From the NCBI RefSeq assembly GCF_021869535.1, contig NW_026262679.1, forward strand, positions 72,602,001 through 72,666,000: a stretch of 64,000 bases of DNA, given 5' to 3'. Source of the DNA: Mytilus californianus. Its lineage: Eukaryota. The notes beneath the pieces were generated by a model. It ran no database searches and was not told where the DNA came from. It saw only the letters and a program-made list of their open reading frames with translations. Below are positions 38,501-49,590 of the stretch, one piece after another (position 1 is the stretch's first letter; the number at the start of each line of letters is the position of its first letter). The position numbers were made by a program, and so were the translations under genes.

Positions 38501-41500
38501 GGCCCAGTAGTTACAGTGGAAAATCTTTTGTAAAAATTTACAAAATTTATGAAAATTGTAAAAAATTGACTATAAAGGGCAATAACTCCTAAAGGGGTCA
38601 ATTGACAATTTTGGTCATGTTGACTTATTTGTAGATCTTACTTTGCTGTACATTATTGCTGTTTACAGTTTATCTCTATCTATAATAATATTCAAGATAA
38701 TAACCAAAAGCTGCCAAATTTTCTTAAAATTACCAATTCAGGGGCAGCAACCCAACAATGTGTTGCCTGATTGGTCTGAAAATTTCAGGGCAGATAGATC
38801 TTGACCTAATGAACAATTTTATCCTGTCAGATTTGCTCTAAATGCTTTGGTTTCAGAGATATGAGCCAAAAACTGCATTTTACCCTATGTACTATTTTTT
38901 AGCCATGTAGGCCATCTTGGTTCGCGGGCGGGGTCATCGGACACATTTTGAAAACTAGATACCCTAATGATGATTGTGGACAATATTGGTAAAATTTGTC
39001 TTAGAAGTTTCAGAGGAGAAGATTTTTGTAAAAGATTACAAAAATTTACGAAAAATGGTTAAAAATTTATTATAAAGGGCAATCACTCCTTAAGGGGTCA
39101 ACTGACCATTTTACCCAGTTGACTTATTTGTAGATCTTACTTTGCTGAACATTATTGCTGTTTACAGTTTATCTCTATCTATAATAATATTCCCGATAAT
39201 AACCAAAAACGACAAAATTTCCTTAAAATTACAGATTCAGGGGCAGCAACCCAACAACGTGTTGCCTGATTGGTCTGAAAATTTCAGGGCAGATAGATCT
39301 TGACCTGATAAACAATTTTACCCCATGTCAGATTTGGTCTAAATGCTTTGGTTTCAGAGATATTAGCCAAAATCTACATTTTACCCCTATGTTCTATTTT
39401 TAGCCATGGCGGCCATCTTGGTTGGTTGGCCGGGTCACCGGACACATTTTTTAAACTAGATACCCCAATAATGATTGTGGCCAAGTTTGGTCAAATTTGG
39501 CCCAGTAGTTTCAGAGGAGAAGATTTTTGTAAAAGTTTACGGACAAGGGAAGCAGGACGACAGATGCCAAGTGATGAGAAAAGCTCACTTGGCCCTTTGG
39601 GACATGTGAGCTAAAAAGGTGACCATTGTATTGATCCCATATACCAAATACATTTATCCTATTACTTATTATAAGTGAGTATTTCATATGAGAAAAAAAC
39701 TCAATTTTTTTCAAGCAGTCACAGAACCATGAAAATGGACAAATGGACACATTGTTACAGAAGGCATCTGCATACAAGGTATGAAGCATCCAGTTCTCTA
39801 ACTTCTAAAATATAAATCTGTAAACCAATTGTTTACACCGTTTACACCTGATTTGTCGCAGGCAAGACAAAATACCAACCTTCTTCTTTAGGAATGTGCA
39901 TATGTTCTATATCCTCAACCAGTCTTTTGTGTACAGGCTCTGTCTTTACTGTAACTTTATTGGTACTTATCGACTTTTTCCTCAGGTTTTCATTCACTGA
40001 CGGTTTCTGAAATATATTTCAAGCATTAATATTTTTTCCTCAGGTTTTGATTCACTGACAGTTTCTGAAATATATTTCAAGCATTAATAATACCTGTATG
40101 TATACATATCATTTATGATAATCTACCTGCCAGATAAACTACAATATATTAATTATGCATGCATTAATGTTATTTAAAATAAACTACGAAAACAATCAGA
40201 TGTCAACGAAAGGTCTGTTGAAACAAACTGGAAATCTGCAAGTCATTTTGTTTTTTTTAACAATTTCCTTGCATAGACTTTTTAATCTTGTCTCATTTAC
40301 TATTTCAAAAATACTGAGCTTTATAGGGCTAAAAATCTTTGCTATTCAAGAGACCAATGATGTATTTTGCCATACATAAAAATTAGTTTACTGTAGTATA
40401 TTGTAGTAAATATCTTGGTAAACCTCATCACGGTTAAGAAATATTGATGAATTGATTATTTGCTTATTGTATAGTAGCAAATATACTTGAATTATTGAAT
40501 GGGGGTTGGGGGATTTGATGGGTGGTGGTTATTTTAGACATATAGCCTTAATAATTATATGAAATAATCACTTTAAATTTTATGCATGGCGGGGTTAAAT
40601 AAAAAATGCCTTCAAACACCCCACTACATTTATTTCTGGAATAGCCCTCTGCATATTCAGGACAAGCAAACATCCCCCTACATTTATTTCTGGAATAGCT
40701 CTCTGCATATTCAGGACAAGCAAACATCCCCTACATTTATTTCTGGAATAGCTCTCTGCATATTCAGGACAAGCAAACATCCCCCTACATTTATTTCTGG
40801 AATAGCCCTCTGCATATTCAGGACAAGCAAACATCCCCCTACATTTATTTCTGGAATAGCCCTCTGAATATTCAGGACAAGCAAACATCCCCCTACATTT
40901 ATTTCTGGAATAGCCCTCTGCATATTCAGGACAAGCAAACATCCCCCTACATTTATTTCTGGAATTTTACAGGAGTTCTTTTGATTGCAGAGATTTTTCA
41001 CAACATGGAGTATCATATCCAAACAGTTACAGTTCAAAAAACATGTCATAAAACTAGATAGTTCTGTGTAAAACCAGGGTTCTCATTAAGTATTTTTGTA
41101 TGTAGCTTCCTGTTGCTCAGTCTTTAGTTTTCTATATTGTGTTTGGTATACTGTTGTTTGTCTTTTGGCCGTTTTTCATATTTTGCCATGGCGTTGTCAG
41201 TTTGTTTTCGACTTATGAGATTGGATGTTCCTTTTGGTATCTTTCCCCTCTCTTTCATAGAAGTGAAAATATAAGGGTAAGGAAATAAAACAAAATTTAG
41301 ATTAATTCTTTTAATTTTGGCTTTGAGGAAATGATGATAACTGGACTCATACAACAATGTACAAACTTCAAGCATCTCTGACTCATCAAGTCAGAAAATA
41401 ATGAGTGCTGACAGATTTTCATGAGTCCAGGACTCATAGACTCCTCTTAGTGAGAACCCTATATAACTGTTGCGCCTGATCCTTATCTACGTATCTACCA

Positions 41501-42198
41501 TTACCTGCATTATATTACCAGATCGACCAGTCAGGGGCTGTATGTTAGTTGATTTCATTTGCAGCCCTTTGTTCTGTAGTGGAAGTACTGAAGGTTTCTG
41601 CATAGGTTTAAGACCAGGTCCATTATTTACTGCCTTCAGATCTCTGTTTACATCACCTAGGGCACGTCTAGGTGTGACAAGACTCTGCTCATTACCTTTA
41701 TTGAACACCTTCCCTAAAAAATGTTATGACAAGTCATCAGTTAATTTCATATATAAATTTTTCAGACTAAATTTCTTCAATTTATTCATAAAAATTAGGT
41801 TCAATAAAAAATATTTTGCAAATATTTGTGTATTCATGTTTATATGATTTGTGCAGTATATTTTTTGTTTAATACAAAAATCCTCTTAGAACTGAAACTG
41901 CACATAATGTTGAAGTACCATATCAAATACAATGTTCTCAAAAAGAAAATTGTCATACAGACAGACACTTTTCAAAACTCTGTAAAATTTTACCATTCCA
42001 TTTTTTGCCTTTTTTATTCATAAACCATGCAAATGATGTTAGGTACTTTTGTTTATCAATATTCGACTTAACCCATCACTTAATCTCTCTTTTATAATTC
42101 TTACCTAGTCCACCACCTATCTGTCCTTTATTGGGTCGGACTCCAAATGATCCTGCATTCTCTTTATCAACATATGGTTGGAAGGCAAGGGATGCCAT
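35407..42198 (-). CDS. Securin-like protein (PTTG1/Pds1/Cut2 family), join(42198-42105,41713-41505,40006-39880,37614-37408,35546-35407), 258 aa
   Basis: Five exons with canonical splice sites and consistent phases (94+209+127+207+140=777 nt). KEN box at aa 12-14, D-box TPRRALGDVNR, basic disordered N-half, EDIEHMHIP motif, acidic C-half. No cyclin box or other folded domain. Confidence 0.75.
36296..37053. mobile_element. Non-autonomous Kolobok-like DNA transposon
   Basis: TTAA on both flanks; imperfect 16-bp TIRs (ggatgcattcttctga / tcagaggtgtacatcc) with GG termini. Confidence 0.7.
37408..37614 (-). CDS. Securin-like coding exon 4 (DDFEDIWP...WRPPCLFGELPDSSDEEEE...)
   Basis: atttag acceptor, TCA G|gtatcg donor; within ORF 37388..37636. 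Confidence 0.8.
38328..39617 (+). mobile_element. HINE/Helentron-associated non-autonomous element with two ~480-bp internal tandem units
   Basis: 5' aaactagaggctct..gcctgtgtcgctcacct, duplicated internal block (about 38570-39050 and 39070-39540), 3' hairpin agctcac...gtgagct followed by aaaaa. This is the architecture of bivalve Pearl/DTC84-like elements. Confidence 0.7.
39880..40006 (-). CDS. Securin-like coding exon 3 (KPSVNENLRKK...VEDIEHMHIPKEE)
   Basis: tttcag acceptor, GAA G|gttggt donor, 127 nt open. Confidence 0.8.
39976..40088. repeat. 58-bp tandem duplication spanning the 3' splice site of securin-like exon 3
   Basis: tttttcctcaggttttcattcactgacggtttctgaaatatatttcaagcattaata is repeated with 2 substitutions. 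Confidence 0.9.
40614..40965. repeat. 54-bp minisatellite, ~6.5 copies, in securin-like intron
   Basis: Unit aaacatccccctacatttatttctggaatagccctctgcatattcaggacaagc; it produces the spurious 18-aa periodic ORFs. Confidence 0.95.
41505..41713 (-). CDS. Securin-like coding exon 2 (D-box RRALGDVN)
   Basis: ttttag acceptor, CAG|gtaatg donor; overlaps ORF 41487..41708. Confidence 0.85.
42105..42198 (-). CDS. Securin-like coding exon 1 (MASLAFQPYVDKENAG...; KEN box)
   Basis: tttcag acceptor at 42206-42205, ATG 6 nt inside the exon, CTA G|gtaag donor. Confidence 0.8.
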
Positions 42199-42245
42199 AA
42201 TAATCTGAAACACGTAAATTTATTACATTATCATATTTGCAAAAT

Positions 42246-43010
42246 TAACAATAAAAGAAGAATGTGTATGAGGACACGAATGCCCCCGCTCAAGCCTTGC
42301 AATTTTCCAAGTTAAAAAGGGGCATAAATCTAGAACAGTAAATAACAAGCTGCCCAAATTCCAACTCTGTCTGCATGTTGTGGTTCTTAGCATTGTGTAT
42401 GAGTTTCATAAAATTTGGATGAAACAAACTTGTTAGAGTGCGGAAACTGAAAAAATTGCAATTTTCCAATTCATAAAGGGGCATAAATCTAGAACGGTTA
42501 ATGACATACTGCCAATATTCAAACTCTGTCTGTGTGTTGTGATTCTTAGCATTATGTATGAGTTTAATAAAATTTTGTTGAAGAAAACTTAAATTAGAGT
42601 GTCGAAACGAAAACATTTGCAATTTTCCAAGTTATAATGGGACATAACTCTAAAACTAACAAAATATGAACTCTATCTGTGAGCATGGTGAGTTTTAGTT
42701 CTCAGCATTATGTATGAGTTTCATAAATATGGATGAGGAAAACTTGTTAGAGTGCAGAAACGAAAACATTTGCAATTTTCAAAGTTATAAAGGGGCATAA
42801 CTCTAGTACAGTTAAGTGACTCACTGCCCATATTTGAACTCTGTCTGCAAGTTTTAGAGCATTGTGTATGATTTCATAAAATTTGGATGAGTAAAACTTA
42901 TGTTAAGAGTACGGAATGAAAATGTGAGGGAATGAAGAATGGAAAGACAGATGGTCAAGGGTAACACTTAATGATCCTGTTGTCTATGGCGAGGGGCACA
43001 TTAAAAAAAA
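42246..43010 (+). mobile_element. HINE-type element with ~160-bp internal tandem array (~4 copies)
   Basis: Units begin near 42301, 42461, 42621 and 42774 (aattttccaagtt..aaggggcataaatctag); 5' aaca..gaatgtgt..ggacacgaatgcccc and 3' ...ggggcacattaaaa ends. Confidence 0.7.
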
Positions 43011-43067
43011 ATAAATGCACTTAGTGCCACAAACCATTTGATTATGACTGCTATATTATGTGTGTTT

Positions 43068-43225
43068 ATAGATATAAGAAGATGTGGTATGAGTGCCACA
43101 ATTTGTAAAAGAAAACCATTATAGGTCAAAGTATGGCCTTCAACATGGAGCCTTGGCTCACACCGAACAGCAAGCTATAAAGGGCCACAAAAATTACTAG
43201 TGTAAAACCATTCAAACAGGAAACC
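43068..43225 (-). mobile_element. Short copy of PLE 3' trailer (family A)
   Basis: Matches 45246-45410. Confidence 0.7.
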
Positions 43226-43745
43226 AATTATATTATATTATACATTATAACTGAATTCAAACATCTCTTTCCATTATATAATAAGTACAGGTGATAACTG
43301 TATGTTTGTACTCAGACACTGATAAACCCACTAGTGATGTCACGTGGTAACATAAAACTCTAAAATATACTTATTCCCCTTTTGCCCCTAAGCAATAACT
43401 TTTTTATACATAAAAACTTGTTAGTTATTCATTTTATAAATAATCAAGAATAAATGAGATTTACTTCCATTGCGATTGATATAAAAATAAACGGAAAAGG
43501 TGTCCATGTGACACAGATGATGCTCTCACTTGCATATATATATATATATATAACGTTACAAAGGGACATAACTGAAGAACTGTAAAAGTGATGCAACCCA
43601 AATTTGATCTGTGTTTTGTGGTAATAAACATTGTGTTTAAGTTTCATAACATTAGGTTGAGGCAAACTTAAGTTAGAGAACGGAAACTTATTTTGGGACG
43701 TACTGACAAAGGTAACACTAAATGCCCCCTGTGCAGCTGAGGGGG

Positions 43746-43976
43746 TAGTCCAAATAATTATGACGTCTTGAAAGGCTATTTTAATTTATTCTGTGACGCC
43801 TTCCTACGTCGTCCAAATAATTATGACGTCTTGAAAGGCTATTTTAATTTTTTCCATGATGCCTTCCTAAGGCTTTTTTAATTTTTTCTGTGAGCCACCT
43901 TCCTACTCTGGACAGTAGGAGGGCATCACAGAAAAAATTAAAATAGCCTTTCAAGACGTCATAATTATTCGGACTA
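43746..43976. mobile_element. MITE with ~65-bp TIRs nested in the 3' hairpin of a HINE-type element
   Basis: tagtccaaataattatgacgtcttgaaaggctattttaat... / ...attaaaatagcctttcaagacgtcataattattcggacta; left TIR duplicated in tandem; flanks ctgaggggg / tagaggggg. Confidence 0.7.
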
Positions 43977-44247
43977 TAGAGGGGGCATACAAACATTTCT
44001 GAGAAAAAGCACCAATTTGGAAGATCACATATCTTGAATATGTGAAACACTTTTGTCCTTAGACTAAAATACGTACAATAAATGGTATACAAGTTAAAAA
44101 AAAATATAAGTGTATGATGAAAAGCACCATTACTGGTCTTTACACTTAATAATCTATATTGTCCGAGTTGTAAACACAAATGTCATTTCCCAGTATTAAA
44201 AAATTAAGAAATATTCAGCATTTGCTGTTAAAATCAAATTAAAATAC

Positions 44248-44400
44248 TGTACAATCACTGATTTTTTCGATCTTCAATTTTTGTCCTACTGATCCGCTAA
44301 GCTTGTTGTTTTTGAAGATGGCGCTGCTAAAAATATCAACCAATGAAATCAACGGTTTTGAAACAGAAGGTAAAATAATTTATGTACTGCATAACTCGAA
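44248..44400. promoter_or_regulatory. Candidate promoter/5'UTR exon region between securin-like and NCAPH
   Basis: YY1-like AAGATGGCG (44315-44323), CCAAT (~44340), two TTTGAA CHR-like hexamers (44311, 44357), local CpG enrichment, possible donors on both strands. Motifs only. Confidence 0.3.
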
Positions 44401-44572
44401 GTCGGGCCCATATCGCGGAATAAAAAATTGTTATGTCGGATTGAAATTCATACCACAGGAGAAGTAGATCTGATAATACAGATTGCGTTTTACATGTTTT
44501 TTTAGAAGAAAATCACACAAAAAAGTGGACAAGTGTTTTGATACCTTATTGAAGAAAGCCATGTGGTTTCCT

Positions 44573-44615
44573 CAAGGATTTGTATAGTAAGAAGGTCTTA
44601 CTATACAAATCCTTG
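44573..44615. mobile_element. 43-bp perfect hairpin CAAGGA...TCCTTG (minimal TIR element)
   Basis: 20-bp arms, 3-nt loop; flanks gtttcct/ctttcct. Confidence 0.6.
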
Positions 44616-45245
44616 CTTTCCTAGACTGTTTATGACGTCTTTACACTTAATCCATTGAATAATGTATACCGATTGATATTTTGCTGTAGATACATGATTA
44701 TTTTATTAGTTGTTATTTACTTTCAAATAGCTTTCAGTAACTACGAGCATTATCCGATCGATACTTTGTGTCTTAGTAGTTTGTGTTCTGTATCGGCGAT
44801 CTAATGAGTCAGGCCCTTTTCAAATGAGTTTCATACTTTGTTCTTTGTTGCCCACGCCTCTGTTGTGCTATTTCCAATAATATACTCATTACTGAAACGA
44901 ATTTTATTGTTATCGGTGATTTTTTTATGTATCTTTTTAAATATTTGATTAAAAATTAAATAATTTGGATTGGATAACAGATACAGCGCATACATTATTA
45001 CTACCCATTGTCAGTATCCAATTATATTTTTATAACAGTGTCAACCATGACGGGAAAGGGTCGGTATTACTTATTTTTTTGCATGATTGAAATATGATTT
45101 GTTTAAGAACATTGCCGTGAACAGCATTAAATTGAATAATATTAATCTTTATTTAAAGAGGATAAACCAATTAATTTTCACTAATCTTAATTACTTGGGG
45201 ACCTCGTAAAGTAAGTACAAAATGCTATATACATTACACAAATAA

Positions 45246-46879
45246 TAGATATAAGAAGATGTGGTATGAGTGCCAATGAGACAACTCTCTATACAAGTCA
45301 AAATTTATAAAAGGTCAAAGTTCGGTCTTCAACACGGAGCCTTGGCTCACACGGAACAGCAAGTTATAAAGGGCCCCCAAAATTACTAGTGTAAAACCAT
45401 TCAAACGGGAAAACCAACGGTCTAATCTATATAAAAAACGAGAAACGAGAAACACTTATGAACCACATCAACGACAACTACTGAACATCAGATTCCTGAC
45501 TTAGGACAAGTGTAAACAATTGCAGCGGGTTTAAACGTTTTAATGGTACCAAACCTTCACCCTTATTTGAAACAATAGTGTACGTAACGTTAAACATAGA
45601 AAAACACACTATAAAATATCACTTGAAATGGCTTAACTCAATCAAAAGACATATATTAACACCAGTGAATATACACCGAACAAATAAATTTGATCTATGA
45701 TACAATGCAAATACAAAATAAATAAACTAATTAGGGAAGAATATTTAAAGTAACATGTTATACCGCTGTGAAATGTTAAACAATCTAAAAAAAAACAATA
45801 TACTTTAACAAAAATATCAGCCATTTGCAATTACTTTTTAAACACAGGTAAATAAAAATAATTTTGTTGTTAGGTATACGTGTACAGTTCAAATAGAGAA
45901 AGGAAATATTTTTACAAAATAAATAATTTTGATGCTCATAGTACGAAGAAGTGAAAAATGATAGTAATACCAAACACTTATCAAAGCTGGTATATAGACC
46001 AGATATAACCCTGAATAACATTAAATAACAAAAAAGCATTACAATTAGTATCAGCAGGTCATAAACAAGAAAGTACAATTTGAGAGTACTCGCAGTTACT
46101 GACAGCTAGTTAAAAGCCAAAAACAATTAATAATAAAAAAATCATGCATCAGAGAATCTTTGTATCTATGAAAGAATTTATTAAAAGTTTTACGTAATTT
46201 ATGGTTACGAAATCCCTGACTTCATAATTTACCAGTGATTATGTTCGTTAAAATCTATGACATCACTACACACACGGGCATAACGAACGAGTTGGGATTT
46301 ATAAACACCGTATGATGGAGCCAAAGGAACATCGCCGTCTAAAAAAGGAAAATTAACAATAGGGAATGAAAAGTCGTCTCTTTTGTCGTAAATTTTAGTA
46401 TGGAGTTTTCCTTTAGAGATTGAAATATCCAAATCTAGAAAAAGACAACTACTGCTGTTTATGTTAGATTTAGTTAAAGTAAGTTCTTTTGGGTAAATTT
46501 CTGTAGCATATTTAGAAGACTCTGGATTATTTAACGAAAAAATATCATCTAGATAACGGAAGGTATTGTTGAATGTATCAACCAAATGTAACAATGACGT
46601 GTCTTTACTGAGTTTGATCATAAACTGAGATTCATAGCAATACAGAAATAAATCTGCTATTAAAGGGGCGCAGTTAGTGCCCATAGGAATACCTACTACT
46701 TGTCGATACACTTTATCGCCGAAACGTACATATATGTTGTCCAGGAGAAAATTTAAAGCTTCAATCATATCTTCACATTTCCAGTAAGTGTATCGAGCAT
46801 ACTTTCCTTTTTCGTTACAGAAAAAAGCTTTAAACGAGTTAAAGCAAATAAATTTGTAATGATATTTTTCAAAATGCAT
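45246..46879 (-). mobile_element. Truncated Penelope-like retroelement: RT fragment (46879-46229) plus non-coding 3' trailer
   Basis: The 216-aa ORF has YRQVVGIPMGTNCAPLIADLFL, FRYLDDIF and FLDLDI..KLHTKIYDKRDDFSFPI motifs. It stops before the GIY-YIG endonuclease and is followed by the repeat found dispersed across the window. Confidence 0.85.
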
Positions 46880-49590
46880 GGATATTGAGAATCAATGATA
46901 AAAAAGTAACTACGTCTATATATTTATTCAAGATAAAAGGCATGAATTTGACAGGTACAATATATTACAATAGCGCTAGACATAGTTTATAGACACTAAC
47001 TGATTTACATGTTTACTAAAAAATTGAATTTAAAAAATAAAATTATGAAAATTGTCATGATATTTTGATAATACGTCACATTAAATTATATCACGTCAAC
47101 ACATAAAATTAGAAAACAGCAAAAAGCAGAACAGACTCCCGATTAGAATAAAGATGTCATCAGAAACTTATATTCTACACGAAACAAATAATGAGAACAG
47201 CTTACAATCAGAATAATTTATGTCCAACTTTTAAACCGTTGCGTCACCAGCCGACTAAAAAACTTTATCACACTCCATATTTTTTGTTGTTGATAAGCCT
47301 AAAAGAAAGTCAGAGCAACAATTTAAAGTAATACATGTATTATTAATAGATATAATGAGCTTTTTTTGCTATGTCGTATACTATATATATAACACACAGC
47401 TAGATATTATACAATTTATTATAAATTCATTACACTATGCTGCGTGCAAATGATGATTGAGAAATAGATAAAAAAAAAACACTTAAATAAATCCCTGAGT
47501 AGTCAACTCATTAATAACCGCAAGAGATTGATGCTTGCAAGAATGTTAGCTAAGATGGAGGAAGAGGATGAACAATCACGAAAGATCGCATTGGAAATGT
47601 GGTTATAGCCTAGACACATGCAACTTTTTATCTGTTTACAGAGACTTGTGTTACCTTTTACAGCAAAATTTGATCTGGAACTAGTGAATATATTTTTATA
47701 TAAAAATGTACATGATACGTGATGTGTAAATTTACTATTGTGGATTTTCTTTAGTAACCTTTACTCCGAATAAGGAGTTGTGCAATTACTTGCAAAATGT
47801 CATTGAATACTTATACAGATACAGATATTGTTATTGTCAGACGTTTCCTTTTGTTTGTTGGTCGAATTTGTATCGTTTTGAACCGTAAAAAATATAATTA
47901 TGTTTTTCATCTTTCAGAGGCTTATACGGAAATGTCGAGACTGTCTTAGTGTGTCCCGGTATCTCGCAATATCTCGTACACAAACGAGACCAATTCGGAT
48001 GGCGGAAACTTCAAAACAATAGATTAGTTCTAAACAACACAAAAGGTGACTTTTATAGTTTAACTGGCAAAATACCCAAACAAAATTACAAAAATCCCCA
48101 CTGGTTCTATGTTATACCACTCTGTGCACCCTTAATGATTGTGTTAAGCCAAATGAGAACGGGTTCATTTCATAATTTTCTGTCAAATTCTGATGAATAC
48201 CAAAATAGAACCGATTTATGGCGATTACTATAATCATACACATATTCTAGTTAAGACAAAAAATAGGAACACACAAAAATATGAAAACTAAGGTTTATAA
48301 AGCTACAGAAGCAGCTGGACACAAATCATGCATGTTAATTCCAAATGTTCAAAATCTTAGTCCCAGTTGTCTCCCTTTTGATGATTCTTCAGTGTTGATT
48401 ATTGTCTGCACATGTACTGATGCAAAACAGAACTTTTCTTGATCAAAGTCGCAAGTTATATTTTGAATAATGGTTACCTAATGCTTAATATGAGGAATAA
48501 CCACACATCAGTATTTACTAATTGTTGGGTTGTTCAGTAAGTACATGTGACACTAGTCCCTACATACATGAAACAGGAATACAAAATGTAACCATCAACT
48601 ATTCCCAAAGAAAAAAGTGCTTTTGTAGTACAGTAATTGTTAAAAATGATTCTGAAATACTGTGAGTTTAAGATTTGTCAGTTGTTTTTACAGTCAACAT
48701 AATGGGTATAGCCTAGGATTGCAACTTTACAAGTATATTCATATTGATTTCCTTGAATCATTCAGGCTTTTTTTTCATACTTTGAGATTTAAGTCCTGCC
48801 TGGGCTGCCACTACAAAATACCATGGCCTGTCACCATGACAAACAAGGAAAAGGATTTATTTGCCATGATACGAAAGTGGAAAGTCCTTTAGCCAATTTG
48901 TTACAAATGTATAACTCACATTGGATCATTATTAAATAGTAACTTCCTTGATGCCTTCTCTGGCTCCCCACAACTTCAAATCCAAGAAATTTTATTTCTA
49001 GGGACAGGATATGAAACATTTTGAAAATATTTTCTCAGTTGTACGTAGTCATGGTAGTAAACTAAACATGCTAGAAAATATCCACAAGGAATGCATTTTT
49101 TAAACATTGTACAATTATGTCTAATATTAAATGCATGTCACAATTTTTAATAATCACACCTTTTCAGTGCATTTTCCTTTGCCATGAATGTAATTTGAAC
49201 TTTTCAAAATTTGTTTATAAATAAATTAGTTCCTGAACTTGTTTAATATTTGAAATTTTCTACATCAGGGCATTGCCAATTTATCACCAAATGCGATTTT
49301 ATATTTTATCTGTCAACATTTCATTGGCAAATAATGCATATCAGCATTTGAAACATTTGAGACATGGACATGAAGAATCAAGATCTTATTCATGTGCATA
49401 GGTGATAATAAGCATTTAATTAAAAATTGTTTAATTTATTTATGGCTTCCATTTCTTAAAACAATTTTACACTGTCAGCTATAGCCATTAATGGCTGAAA
49501 TAAACTATTAGCTGATTACCCCAATCAGCACCTGTAGGTCATCAGGTCAAGTGTTTATATGACCTTCAGGAATAGAATTTGACTTTTCTT

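Noticed and set aside
39348-39789. ORFs of 88-110 aa at 39348, 39511, 42290, 43844 and 51705
   Set aside because: They fall within HINE/MITE repeats or adjacent intronic DNA and have no coding signature.
40614-40965. CRISPR-like array
   Set aside because: Units are contiguous with no unique spacers, there are no cas genes, and the context is eukaryotic.
40586-41049. Three periodic ORFs (93-115 aa)
   Set aside because: They are translations of the 54-bp minisatellite, not genes.
41470-41847. 125-aa plus-strand ORF and other short antisense ORFs (17452, 52787, 59699)
   Set aside because: They are antisense shadows of real exons.
35407-42198. Cyclin B/A or sororin as the identity of the KEN/D-box gene
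   Set aside because: There is no cyclin box, no FGF motif and no sororin C-terminal domain, and the frame closes at 258 aa.
44318-44369. Extra N-terminal coding exon for NCAPH (ATGGCGCTG...GAAG|gt)
   Set aside because: It ends in phase 1 and would join the 52815 exon out of frame, reaching a stop; at most a UTR exon with a uORF.
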